Assembly: GCA_046292385.1 (NCBI GenBank)
Contig: JBKBRF010000010.1
Coordinates: 64,001-128,000, forward strand
Length of the DNA: 64,000 bases
Direction of reading: 5' to 3'
Origin: Armatimonadota bacterium
GTDB lineage: Bacteria > Armatimonadota > SYMT01
A program made the translations under genes and the position numbers. This document shows, in pieces, positions 18,733 through 28,019 of the stretch (positions within the stretch are counted from its first letter, which is position 1; every line of letters starts with the position of its first letter). The notes under the pieces were generated by a model. That model was given only the letters and a program-made list of their open reading frames with translations, was not told the origin of the DNA and searched no databases.

Positions 18733-19289
18733 GCCTCGTCCTCCTCGTCCGCGCGCTCCAGGCTCTGAAGCGCGTCCCGCAGCGCCCGGCGGGCCCGCTG
18801 GTGGAGGGAGCGGAAAGCGGTTTCCCCCTTTCCCACCACCTCCGCGGCCTCTCTGGCGGAGAGGCCCTGCACGTCCCGCAGGATCAGCGCCACGCGGTAC
18901 TCCTCCGGCAGCCGGTCCAGCGCCTGCTCCACCAGGATCCGCACGGAAGTGCGGTCCATCTGGTCCGCCGGCGTCAGGAGCGCGGAGGCGTCTCCCACTT
19001 CGTCCAGCGGCAGCGTCAGCACGCGGGGCCGGCGCAGCCGGTCCAGGCACAGGTTCCGGGCAATGCGGAGCAGCCAGGTCTCGAAGCCGCCCTGGAGGTC
19101 CGGCGCGAAGCGGAAGGCGCGCAGGAACGTGTCCGTCACCACCTCTTCCGCTTCTTCCCGGCTCCGGAGCAGCGCGTAGGCGAGTCCGAAGACCCGGTTC
19201 ACGTACCTCCGGAACAGCAGCTCCAGCGCCGCCGCGTCCCCCTGCCGGATCCGCTCGACCCAGTACTCCTCACCACAGCCGGGGATCAT
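18729..19289 (-). CDS. ECF sigma-70 family RNA polymerase sigma factor
   Basis: GDAAALELLFRRY, EAEEVVTDTFLRAF, FETWLLRIARNLCLD, ALDRLPEEYRVALILRDVQGLS. Confidence 0.95.
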   Translation of the reverse strand: MIPGCGEEYWVERIRQGDAAALELLFRRYVNRVFGLAYALLRSREEAEEVVTDTFLRAFRFAPDLQGGFETWLLRIARNLCLDRLRRPRVLTLPLDEVGDASALLTPADQMDRTSVRILVEQALDRLPEEYRVALILRDVQGLSAREAAEVVGKGETAFRSLHQRARRALRDALQSLERADEEDEA

Positions 19290-19313
19290 CGGTCCCCTGC
19301 CCTACACCAGGCC

Positions 19314-19341
19314 AGACGTACGTGGAGCTGGAAATGCATCG
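19314..19341 (-). promoter_or_regulatory. Possible ECF-type autoregulatory promoter
   Basis: GATGCA-N16-CGTC about 25 nt upstream of the sigma ATG. Confidence 0.35.
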
Positions 19342-19491
19342 CGACTTTCGGAGACTCTTTTCCCAGGAGGGAAGCGCCGCCGGAGAGGGGTGCCGGGGGC
19401 GAGGGAATCCTACCCCACCCGAGGGAGACTCGCCAAACGCGGTGGAGGAGGAAGAAGGGGCAACCGGTGCCAGTCCGTTGAGCGGCGGTTT

Positions 19492-19694
19492 CCGAACGAA
19501 CGGGAAGGCGCGAACAAAGGGGAGGACGCGAAGCTCGGATGGGGAAGCGGTGGCCCGCGCGCGAGTGAACTCGGCGCTACACAAAGCGAAGCCCGCCTGC
19601 GCGGGCTGGGAACCCGGTACCCGACGCTCCTCAGTTCCCCGGTCAGGTTCCCTTCGCGTCCTTCGCGTGACTTCGCGCCTTCGCGTTCGTTCGG
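19492..19694. repeat. Inverted pair of ACGCGAAG-type arms enclosing family B copy 3 (19558-19607)
   Basis: CCGAACGAACGGGAAGGCGCGAA at 19492 versus the reverse complement of 19651-19694, CCGAACGAACGCGAAGGCGCGAA. Confidence 0.7.
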
Positions 19695-19710
19695 ATTCGT
19701 CCCCAGCGTG

Positions 19711-20163
19711 CTACTTCGGCCGGGCGAGCTGGAAGGTGCCGACGTACCCCTCGCTGGTATAGAAGCCGAGGAACTCTTTCTCGTTGGCGCGGCCGATCCA
19801 GTCGTAAACGCCGCCGTCCTTCGGGCCGAGGTCGACCGTCCCCTTGAAGAGCACCGCGCCCCCGGCCTGGCGGCCGGCCATCTTGATGCGGTACTTGTAC
19901 GGCTGCCCGGCCTCGCCTTCGAAGGTCGCATCCCACTCGCCTGGCTTCGACTCTTCGACCTTGCAGGTGAGCGGCAGGCGGATCGCGGCTTCGGGGCGCT
20001 TGGGGGCGCCCTCGGGCGCGTAGAGACCCCAGGTGCCGGTCCAGTCGCCGGCGATGGCGGGCGCCTTCGGCTGCGGCTTCTCCTGGCCGAGCCCGTAGGC
20101 GGCGGCTCCGGCCGCGGTGCTCAACGCGACGGCCGCCAGCAAGATCGTTCGACGCATCGTCAT
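19711..20163 (-). CDS. Secreted hypothetical protein
   Basis: Signal peptide; GDWTGTW and beta-rich body; strong RBS. Confidence 0.8.
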   Translation of the reverse strand: MTMRRTILLAAVALSTAAGAAAYGLGQEKPQPKAPAIAGDWTGTWGLYAPEGAPKRPEAAIRLPLTCKVEESKPGEWDATFEGEAGQPYKYRIKMAGRQAGGAVLFKGTVDLGPKDGGVYDWIGRANEKEFLGFYTSEGYVGTFQLARPK

Positions 20164-20294
20164 CCCCCTCTCTTACCCCGCCGCTGCAGGCTGTTTTCAG
20201 AACCCCACGTCGAAGGGACGGAGCCTGGAAAAGTCCGGCCCCGTCCCCACGAGACCTACACCCTACCCCCTAAACCCTACGCCCTCGCGAAGCG

Positions 20295-21563
20295 TCAGCG
20301 AGCCTTCACGTCGTAGCAGAGCATGAAGTCCTGGTCGCGCAGGAGCAGCTTGCCGCCGGCGATCACCGGGTGAGCCCAGGCGTTCTTGTTCGACCGCTGC
20401 GGCTCGAAGCGGCCCTTCTCCACATACTGGCTCGGGTTCGCCTCCACCAGCGCCACCGGGCCGCTCTGGCTGCGGCAGTAGAGGTTACCGTCCGCGTAGA
20501 CCACGGAGCCGTTCCCGCCGACGCTGCGGTTCTGCCACTTCGTCTCGCCGGTCTTGAACTCCACACACGTCAGGGTGCCGGGATCGTCGAAGCCGTAGAG
20601 GTATCCGTCGACCAGCACCATGCCGCCGTGCTTGTTCTTCATGTCGCGGGTGAAGTAGACCTCTTCCGCGGAGACCCCATTCGGGGTGCGCGCCAGCTTC
20701 ACCAGCCCGCCCCCCACGTTGTACGCGGCGGCGGCGAAGAGCATGTTGTCCTGGAAGACCGGCGTGGCGATGTTCGCCGTACCGCTGGCCGGGCGGTTGT
20801 AGCGCCAGAGGAAGCGGCCGTCCTCCGCGGCCACGCCCACCACGCCGCCGTGCAGGAACTGGATGTACTGCCGCACGCCGTCCACCTCGGCCGCAATGGC
20901 GGAGGCGTAGTGGGCGGGGTCGCCCTGGGGCACCTGCGACCGCCAGATCACGTTCCCGCTGTTGCGGTCGAGCGCCACCAGGGTCGCCTGCGGGCCGCCC
21001 GGGGTGACGATCACCTTCTGACCGTCGACCAGCGGCGACTCGCTGTAGCCCCAGTTGGGCACCGCGCCGCCGAATTCTCGCACCAGGTTCTTCTGCCAGA
21101 CCGGCTTGCCGTCGGCGGTATTCAGACAGACGACGTCGCCGCTCACCCCGAGGACGTAGAGGCGGTTGCCGACGACGGTGGGAGTGGAGCGAGAGCCTTC
21201 GCCATAGCCGACGTCGTGGTTCGCGGCGGCAATGCGGGTGCTCCAGACCGGCTGCCCGGTGCGCTCGTCCAGCGCCCACACCACCTCGTCATCGCCGCGG
21301 TAGCCCATGCCGTAGATCCGGCCGCCGGCCACCGAGGGGGTCGCGTAGCCGCCGCCGAGACCCTCGGACTTCCAGAGCAGTCGAGGGCCGCCCTGCGGCC
21401 AGCTCTTCAGGAGACCGGTCTCCCGGGAGATCCCGTCGCGGTTGGGGCCGCGCCACTGTGCCCATTCTCCGCCGCGCTCCTGGGCAGAGACGGCGACGGC
21501 GGCGGCGCTGAGGGCCGTGAGCAGAAGGACCCGGCGGGTCAGGGGCGCAGAGCGGAGGGTCAT
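20295..21563 (-). CDS. PQQ-binding-like beta-propeller repeat protein
   Basis: WAQWRGPNRDGIS, WGYSESPLVDG, AWAHPVIAGGKLLLRDQD; export signal. Confidence 0.92.
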   Translation of the reverse strand: MTLRSAPLTRRVLLLTALSAAAVAVSAQERGGEWAQWRGPNRDGISRETGLLKSWPQGGPRLLWKSEGLGGGYATPSVAGGRIYGMGYRGDDEVVWALDERTGQPVWSTRIAAANHDVGYGEGSRSTPTVVGNRLYVLGVSGDVVCLNTADGKPVWQKNLVREFGGAVPNWGYSESPLVDGQKVIVTPGGPQATLVALDRNSGNVIWRSQVPQGDPAHYASAIAAEVDGVRQYIQFLHGGVVGVAAEDGRFLWRYNRPASGTANIATPVFQDNMLFAAAAYNVGGGLVKLARTPNGVSAEEVYFTRDMKNKHGGMVLVDGYLYGFDDPGTLTCVEFKTGETKWQNRSVGGNGSVVYADGNLYCRSQSGPVALVEANPSQYVEKGRFEPQRSNKNAWAHPVIAGGKLLLRDQDFMLCYDVKAR

Positions 21564-21659
21564 GAGGTTCTCTCTCCTGAGGAGTGTTAGAGGTGGGACG
21601 CGTGCGGCTTCTCCGTCGTTCGGTCGTCCGGCGGGCCGTCCGGTTGCAGGAATCTTTTG

Positions 21660-24600
21660 TTACTCGCTGCGAAGGGCGCTCATCAGCGGCCCACGCAAGG
21701 CCAGGGCGGTGGCGAGCCAGGTCCACAACAGGCCGGTGAGCAGCACGGCAGCGAGCGTGAGCGAGAGCGACACGTACGGCACTTCCGCACCCGGGGACCG
21801 GAGCGCCGGGAGCACGGCGAGGACTGCCGCGGCGATGCCGACCAGCAGCCCCAGCCCGAGCAGCAGGGAGTGCTCGCTGAAGATGAGCCAGCGCAGCGCC
21901 CGCCCGCGGAACCCGACCGCCCGCAGCACTGCCAGCTCGCTCCGGCGCTCCAGCACGTTCCGCAGCACGATGACGCCGAGACCCAGGCTGCCGAGCAGCA
22001 GGCCCAGCCCGCCGAGCGCCGCGAAGATCGAGAGATAGGTGTTCTCGACGGTGCCGAACAGCGCCAGTCGCTCCGGGGCGGGGGTCAGGTCGAGCCCTGC
22101 GTCGGTCAGCCCGTAGGCCAGCTCTTCCGCCACCGCCGGAGCCTGCTCGCGCGGCGCGTCGACCAGGAAGACCCGGTAGCCGCCGGACGACGGAAACGCC
22201 TCCGTAAAGTGAGCCTCGGAGATGAGGAGCCCGCCCTGCAGGATCGAGTTGGAGAGCACCCCGACGATCCGCAGCGTCCGCGGCTGCCCGCGGTCGTCGA
22301 GCATCACCACCGTGCCGCCGAGCCCCTTGCCGAGCGACCAGACGACGGTATTCACGTCGCCCACCGCCGGGATCTCGCCGTCCGGAAGCGTCCGCTCCAG
22401 CACGCGCCACGGGTCGCGCGGGTTGCCGTCGACCTGCGAGAAGGTAAACGCCTTCCGCTCCGCCAGCGCCGCCGGCTGCACGCCCAGGATGCGCGGGGTC
22501 TGGGCGCGGTTCAGGTTGAGGCAGGTCGCCTCGTCCCCCTCCCGCATCCGGAGCTGCACCAGCTGCGCGCCGGCCAGCTCCTCGCCGTCCAGCCCGAACT
22601 CGTCCCGGCCCGCCGCGCTGCCGAGGTCGTGGTAGACCGGCAGCGCCGTCTCTCCGTAGAAGGCAAAGCCGCCAGTCCCGGACGACCGCTCCTCCGCGTG
22701 GGCGAACGGGTCGTGCCGGTTCGCACCGACCGCGATCACGAGGAAGCTCCCGCAGGCGAGCAGCCCCACCGCCGCGAGGCTGCGGCCCCGGCGCCGGACG
22801 GTGTTGCGGATCCCGAGCCCGGAGAGCGAGAGCCCGCCGGGGTTCGCCCGCTGCTCCAGCCGCGCGAAGAGGGTGCGGCACACCGCGATCCCCGCGATCA
22901 GGAGCAGCCCGCCCGCCCCGAAGAAGTAGCCGGCGGCGCTCTGCGGCGTCGCTCCGAGCGCGAGCCCCGAGAGCGCGGCGGCGCCGAGGACGCAGACGAC
23001 CGCCGTCGGCACTCCGGGAGCGCCTCGTCTTGATCCGGGCTTCTTCGCGGGCTCCGGCTCCAGCTCCGCGCCGGACGCCAGCAGCGCCCGCGCGGGAACC
23101 TGCGCCTGGCGCCGGGAGACGAGCCAGATCGTGAGGAGCGAGACCAGGAACCCGGCCGCGGCCCCGCCCACCAGCGTGAGCGGCTCCACGTGGAAGCGCA
23201 GCGGCGACTCCGCCACCGCCCCGCGCCAGACGGTCGAGAGCCCCAGGATCACCGCCTGCGTGTAGAGGACCCCCAGCGGCGCGCCGAGGACCGCCGCCAG
23301 CAGGGCGATCCCCGCCCCCTCCGCGAGGAGCAGGCGCCGCACGCGGGCCGGGGTGAACCCGAGGGCCAGGAGCACGCCGACCTCCTCGGAGCGCTGCTCC
23401 ACGCCGAGGCCGAAGAGCAGCGCCGCCAGGATGAGCGCCGCCGCGATCAGGAAGAAGCTAAAGCCGAGGAAGAGCTGGCCGAAGTCGAGCGCCTGGCTCG
23501 CGGCGTTCAGCGCGTACTGCCGCACCGGCGTAAAGAAGAGCCCCAGCGTGGAAGGCCCAAGCTCCTGCCGCAGGCGGTCCCGCGCCGCGTCGAGGCCGCC
23601 GCCGGCCGGGTCGAACCGCAGCGCCGTCAGGCTGCCAAACCGGTTCTTCCACATTTCCTGCCCCGCGGCGAGCGTGACGAACGCCTTCGGCGTGCCGCGG
23701 TAGCGGTCCCAGTAGGTCTCGTCCTTGTCCCGGATGCGGTCGAGGTTCACCGGGATCCCGGGCTCCCAGTCCCGGCAGTTCTCCGCGTCCGAGACGCCGG
23801 GGAAGTCCGGCATCAGCGTGCGGTCCGCCGCCGCCCCCGCGATCGGCACTACCTCCCGCACGCGGAAGGTCTTCGCGCGCTCCTCGAGCTGCCGCATCGG
23901 CCCCACCACGAAGTAGCGCAGCGTCACCTCGTCGCCCGCGCGGGCCTGGAGGTCGTCAGCGAGCCATTCGTTCAGGACGATCTCGTCGTCGCGGAGGTCC
24001 GCCGGTCCCGGCGGTGCTTCCATCGCGGCGACCATCGAGTACGGCGTCGCCCGGCCGCCGGCACGCAGCTCGTTCACGAAGTACGTAAGCACGCCGCGCG
24101 CATCCGGCACCGCCTCGCGGGCGATCTGCCCCACCGAGTCATCCAGGAAGACGCGGTCGGTCCGCAGCTCGGCCCGCTGCGTGCCGGAGACGCTGCGCAC
24201 CTCCAGACTGCCGTCCGCCAGCTCCCAGTGACGCGCCAGCGCCTGCCGCGCCTTCTCGCTCGCCGCGGTGGAGACCTCCGCGCCCCCGACCAGCAGCACG
24301 TTGGCGCGGCCTTCCAGCTCGATCTCCCGCTGCAGCCGCTCCAGCGGCACGAAGGCGCTGTACGGCGGGATCTGGTTCGCCTCCAGGCTGAAGCGCCCGA
24401 ACTCCGCGTCGCTCGCGATGGCGGAAACCGGCAGCCGGATCGCGATGGCGGCATCGTCGGTCTTGGAGAGCGGCGCGTCGCGGGAGAGCAGGCTCGGCTT
24501 CTCCACCCGAAGCAGCACCTCGCTGCCGACCTTCGCGCCGAGCTTCCACGCGAGCCGCTCGTTCAGCACCACGCTGTCCGGCTCCGCGCCCGCCGGGGCG

Positions 24601-24965
24601 CGCCCGCCCGGAGCGAGCGCCCAGAACCGCTCGTCCACCCCCGCCACCTGCACCTGGGCGGCGCGCCTCTCGCCCTCGCCGGAAGCGGTCCCCCGCAGCA
24701 GTACCACCGGCGCGGGCGTGGCCCCCAGCTCCGCCGACAGCTCGTCCGCCAGCACCGCCCGGAAGAAGCGGTCGCCGCCCGCCAGCACCTGCGAGACCCC
24801 GCCAATGCGAGAAAGCGCCAGCTCCGTCAGCGAGTGGCGAACCGAGTCCCCCACGGCCAGCGCGCCCACCAGAATGGCGGTGCTCAGGATCGCGCCGAGC
24901 AGCACGCCGAGGTGAGAGCGCCAGTGGAAGCGGAGACCGCGCAGGACGAGCGTTCGAAAAGTCAT
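21660..24965 (-). CDS. FtsX/MacB-like ABC transporter permease (duplicated)
   Basis: 1101 aa; EQRSEEVGVLLALGF and ERRSELAVLRAVGF; two permease halves. Confidence 0.9.
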   Translation of the reverse strand: MTFRTLVLRGLRFHWRSHLGVLLGAILSTAILVGALAVGDSVRHSLTELALSRIGGVSQVLAGGDRFFRAVLADELSAELGATPAPVVLLRGTASGEGERRAAQVQVAGVDERFWALAPGGRAPAGAEPDSVVLNERLAWKLGAKVGSEVLLRVEKPSLLSRDAPLSKTDDAAIAIRLPVSAIASDAEFGRFSLEANQIPPYSAFVPLERLQREIELEGRANVLLVGGAEVSTAASEKARQALARHWELADGSLEVRSVSGTQRAELRTDRVFLDDSVGQIAREAVPDARGVLTYFVNELRAGGRATPYSMVAAMEAPPGPADLRDDEIVLNEWLADDLQARAGDEVTLRYFVVGPMRQLEERAKTFRVREVVPIAGAAADRTLMPDFPGVSDAENCRDWEPGIPVNLDRIRDKDETYWDRYRGTPKAFVTLAAGQEMWKNRFGSLTALRFDPAGGGLDAARDRLRQELGPSTLGLFFTPVRQYALNAASQALDFGQLFLGFSFFLIAAALILAALLFGLGVEQRSEEVGVLLALGFTPARVRRLLLAEGAGIALLAAVLGAPLGVLYTQAVILGLSTVWRGAVAESPLRFHVEPLTLVGGAAAGFLVSLLTIWLVSRRQAQVPARALLASGAELEPEPAKKPGSRRGAPGVPTAVVCVLGAAALSGLALGATPQSAAGYFFGAGGLLLIAGIAVCRTLFARLEQRANPGGLSLSGLGIRNTVRRRGRSLAAVGLLACGSFLVIAVGANRHDPFAHAEERSSGTGGFAFYGETALPVYHDLGSAAGRDEFGLDGEELAGAQLVQLRMREGDEATCLNLNRAQTPRILGVQPAALAERKAFTFSQVDGNPRDPWRVLERTLPDGEIPAVGDVNTVVWSLGKGLGGTVVMLDDRGQPRTLRIVGVLSNSILQGGLLISEAHFTEAFPSSGGYRVFLVDAPREQAPAVAEELAYGLTDAGLDLTPAPERLALFGTVENTYLSIFAALGGLGLLLGSLGLGVIVLRNVLERRSELAVLRAVGFRGRALRWLIFSEHSLLLGLGLLVGIAAAVLAVLPALRSPGAEVPYVSLSLTLAAVLLTGLLWTWLATALALRGPLMSALRSE

Positions 24966-24973
24966 GCTGGAAA

Positions 24974-25192
24974 TCAGGCGTTCTGCGACAGGTGCCCCAG
25001 GAACTCGTCCAGCGTCGCCGCGGTGGCAGCCACGCGCTGAAGCTCCCGAAGCCGCTCCTGATCTCTGATCTGGTCGAGCCGATCGGAAACGGTAGCAGGG
25101 AGTGTTCCAAAGCGGGCCGTCAAAGTCTCAACCAGAGCATCGCGGAATCCACGCATGACACCGATTCGCTCTACACTTGTGACGTAAGGCAT
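24974..25192 (-). CDS. Putative in-frame small protein (RpnS-like) from an internal start
   Basis: GAGGAGGAGCAGGTG directly before in-frame ATG 25192; 72 aa. Confidence 0.55.
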   Translation of the reverse strand: MPYVTSVERIGVMRGFRDALVETLTARFGTLPATVSDRLDQIRDQERLRELQRVAATAATLDEFLGHLSQNA

Positions 25193-25915
25193 CACCTGCT
25201 CCTCCTCGTACTCCGCGATCTCGGTTTCGAACCCGAGCTCCAGCTCCTCCGGCAGCGCCATCATCCAATCGATGAAACGGAAGACCTCGATGATCTGTTC
25301 CCGGGTGAAGCCGCGGTGGTACAGTCCTTTTACGATCCGCAGCTTCCACTGAAGCCTCGATTGGGGGTCGTTTCGGGTCGACTGCGTGCGCAGGTGCGCC
25401 ATCACCACGGCAGCAAACAGGTTCCGGCTGCTCTCCAACTCCGCCCAGCGAGCCTCCCAATCGAGCAGCTTCACGACCGGGAACTGCAATCCGGCGCGGC
25501 AGCCCCAGAGGTGGTGCTCGAACCGATCCGGACGCCAATCCGGCTGTGTGTCGCCAAGAACCCCGATGCTCACGACCGGGCGCTGGTACCGGTCGAACAG
25601 CCGGTAGTTGTAAACATACATCCGCCGGGCGAAGCCGGCGTCGGGCTGGCTCTGGACCTCGACGTGGATCAGGACCCACGCTTCCTCGCCTGAGAGCAGC
25701 CAGACCTTCGCGAGCTTGTCGACCACGCGCGGGCCCACCTTGGCGCGACGGACGACCCTCTCCAGCTCCTTGTCCAGAAAGGTATACCCGCGCACCCAGT
25801 CGACTTCTGCGGCGGCTTCCGGAAAGAAGAGCCGGAAGAAGCCGGGGAACTCCAGCTCCAGAGCCTCTTTCCAGGGTCCGTCCAGCTCGTCCGCACGCAC
25901 GCGTTGCCGGGCCAT
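24974..25915 (-). CDS. Rpn/YhgA-like PD-(D/E)XK nuclease family protein
   Basis: DGPWKEAL, FLDKEL, VDKLAKV, LIHVEVQSQ, FARRMYVYNYRLFDRY, MPYVTSVERIG, short helical C-terminal domain. Confidence 0.9.
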   Translation of the reverse strand: MARQRVRADELDGPWKEALELEFPGFFRLFFPEAAAEVDWVRGYTFLDKELERVVRRAKVGPRVVDKLAKVWLLSGEEAWVLIHVEVQSQPDAGFARRMYVYNYRLFDRYQRPVVSIGVLGDTQPDWRPDRFEHHLWGCRAGLQFPVVKLLDWEARWAELESSRNLFAAVVMAHLRTQSTRNDPQSRLQWKLRIVKGLYHRGFTREQIIEVFRFIDWMMALPEELELGFETEIAEYEEEQVMPYVTSVERIGVMRGFRDALVETLTARFGTLPATVSDRLDQIRDQERLRELQRVAATAATLDEFLGHLSQNA

Positions 25916-25933
25916 CTCGTCTCCTCGCTCCGG

Positions 25934-26707
25934 CTACGACGGCTCACTCGGCGCCGGCACCAGTCTCCCATTCTCCAGGGCGAGCACGCGCGACATGCGG
26001 CGGGCCAGGCTCATGGCGTGGGTGATGACGACGAGCGCCACGCCTTCCTCGCGGTTCAGCTCGACCAGGAGGTCGGCGAGGTTTTCCGCGGACGCGCGGT
26101 CGAGCGCGCCGGTCGGCTCGTCGGCGAGGAGCAGCGGCGGCTCGTTGATCAGCGCGCGCACCACGGCCGCCCGCTGGCGCTCGCCGCCGGAGAGTTGGCC
26201 GGGGCGGTGGTCCAGCCGCGCTCCGAGGCCGACCCGCTCCAGCAGGCGCCGCGCGCGGGCTTCCGCCGGCTCCCGCCGCTTCTCCGCGCCGCCCGCCAGG
26301 GTCGGTACGAGCACGTTCTCCAGCACGGTGCACTGCGGCAGCAGGTGGTGGAGCTGGAAGATGAAGCCGATCTCGCGGTTGCGCAGCGCCGCCAGTGCCT
26401 GTTCGTCGAGCGAGGTCACGTCCCGGCCCCCCAACCGCACGGTGCCGGCGGTGGGACGGTCGAGCGTGCCGATGATGTTCAGCAGCGTGCTCTTGCCGGA
26501 GCCGGACGGCCCCACGATCGCCACCGACTCGCCCGGCGCGACACGGAGGTCGACTCCGGCCAGCACCCGGGTCGCGTCGCCCGACGCGGCGGTGTAGCTC
26601 TTCTCGACCCCGGCCAGCACCCGGGTCGCGTCGCCCGACGCGGCGGTGTAGCTCTTCTCGACCCCGGCCAGCTCGACCAGTGAACTCCCGCTCGAGGCGT
26701 CACTCAC
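25934..26707 (-). CDS. ABC transporter ATP-binding protein (LolD/MacB-like)
   Basis: GPSGSGKST, LSGGERQR, LLADEPTGALD, ITH. Confidence 0.96.
   Translation of the reverse strand: MSDASSGSSLVELAGVEKSYTAASGDATRVLAGVEKSYTAASGDATRVLAGVDLRVAPGESVAIVGPSGSGKSTLLNIIGTLDRPTAGTVRLGGRDVTSLDEQALAALRNREIGFIFQLHHLLPQCTVLENVLVPTLAGGAEKRREPAEARARRLLERVGLGARLDHRPGQLSGGERQRAAVVRALINEPPLLLADEPTGALDRASAENLADLLVELNREEGVALVVITHAMSLARRMSRVLALENGRLVPAPSEPS
26556..26672. repeat. Perfect 54-nt in-frame tandem duplication
   Basis: Period 54 (26556, 26610, 26664); encodes LAGVEKSYTAASGDATRV twice. Confidence 0.95.
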
Positions 26708-28019
26708 GTCCGTACCCCGTTTCTTCCTGAACTGTATCCAGCCGGACCCAGCGCCGCGACTTCAGCTCGAACCGGGGAAGTGTGCCGGGCGGGACCAGCT
26801 CCACCGGCACCCGCAGGTTGAACGCGGCCCGCAGCGCCGCCTCCACCTCCCGGGCGAGCTGCGCGGGGGCCTCGCAGCCGGGTGCCGGCTCCAGGTGCAT
26901 CCGCACTTCCGCCATCGCCTCCCGCGTGTAGACCTCCACGCGGTACTCCGCCACCAGGTCGAAGCGCCGCACCGTCTCCTCGAACGCGCTGGGGAAGAGG
27001 TTGACGCCGCGCACCACCACCATCTCGTCGGTGCGGCCGCGGATGCCGCTCTCCAGCGCCAGGTCGTACCGCCCGCAGGCACACGGCACGGTGTCCGACC
27101 GGCGGACGCGGTCGCCGGTCCGGTACCGGAGCAGCGGGGACCCCTTGCGGCCGAGGTTGGTGAGCACCAGCTCGCCTTCCTCGCCGGGGCCGGCATGGGC
27201 GCCGGTCTCGGGGTCGATCACCTCCGCGATGTAGCCCGACTCCAGCACGTGGAGCACCCCCTCGCGGGCAGGACACTCGTAGGTGACCGGGCCGACCTCG
27301 GTCATCCCGTGGTGGTCCTTCAGCCGCGCGCCGGGCCAGAGCGCTTCGATCCGGCGGCGCGTCGAAGGGATGCCGGCCCCCGGCTCCCCGGCCACGACGA
27401 TTGTCCGGACCGAGCTCTCGGAGAGGTCGATCCCCTCCTCCCGCGCCGCCTCGCCCATGCGGAGCGCGTAGGTCGGCGTGCAGCAGAGCGCCGTGACCCG
27501 GTTGTCCAGGATCGCCTTCAGCCGGGCGCCGGTGCTCATGCCGCCGCCCGGCAGGCAGAGGCAGTTCAGCCGGGTGCCGGCTTCGAAGGCGGTCCAGAAG
27601 CCGAGGAACGGCCCGAACGAGAAGGCGAAGAAGATCCGGTCTTCCGCGGTGAGGCCGGACGCGCGGAAGACCTCCACCCAGTTCTCCACCATCCAGCCCC
27701 AGCAGTCGTTCGTATCGAGCCACCGCATCGGGGTGCCGGTGGTGCCGCTGGTCTGGCTGAAGCGGGTGTACCGCTCCAGCGGGTAGGTCAGGTTGCTCCC
27801 GTAGGGCGGATGAGCGCGCTGGTCGTCGACCAGCTCCGCCTTGGTGGTGAACGGCGCGCGCGCGAAGAACGCCGCCAGGTCCGGAACCCCGCCCGCCAGG
27901 CCGGCCGGCTCCAGCTTGCGCGTATAGAAGCGGTTGGACGGTACCAGCTCCGCGACCAGCTCCTGCAAGAGCAGGAGCTGCCGCGCCTCGATCTGCTCCC
28001 GGTCCGGGAACCCCGTCAT
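26700..28019 (-). CDS. Phenylacetate-CoA ligase/coenzyme F390 synthetase family AMP-binding enzyme
   Basis: TSGTTGTP, AGEPG, GMTEVGP, PLLRYRTGD, GRTDEMVVVRGVNLFP. Confidence 0.92.
   Translation of the reverse strand: MTGFPDREQIEARQLLLLQELVAELVPSNRFYTRKLEPAGLAGGVPDLAAFFARAPFTTKAELVDDQRAHPPYGSNLTYPLERYTRFSQTSGTTGTPMRWLDTNDCWGWMVENWVEVFRASGLTAEDRIFFAFSFGPFLGFWTAFEAGTRLNCLCLPGGGMSTGARLKAILDNRVTALCCTPTYALRMGEAAREEGIDLSESSVRTIVVAGEPGAGIPSTRRRIEALWPGARLKDHHGMTEVGPVTYECPAREGVLHVLESGYIAEVIDPETGAHAGPGEEGELVLTNLGRKGSPLLRYRTGDRVRRSDTVPCACGRYDLALESGIRGRTDEMVVVRGVNLFPSAFEETVRRFDLVAEYRVEVYTREAMAEVRMHLEPAPGCEAPAQLAREVEAALRAAFNLRVPVELVPPGTLPRFELKSRRWVRLDTVQEETGYGRE

Noticed and set aside
21623..21648. ECF-like promoter TGCAAC-N16-CGAC before the PQQ propeller gene
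   Set aside because: A single short match, with no second copy to support it
26700..28019. Naming the ligase paaK
   Set aside because: Family-level match only; no phenylacetate pathway context
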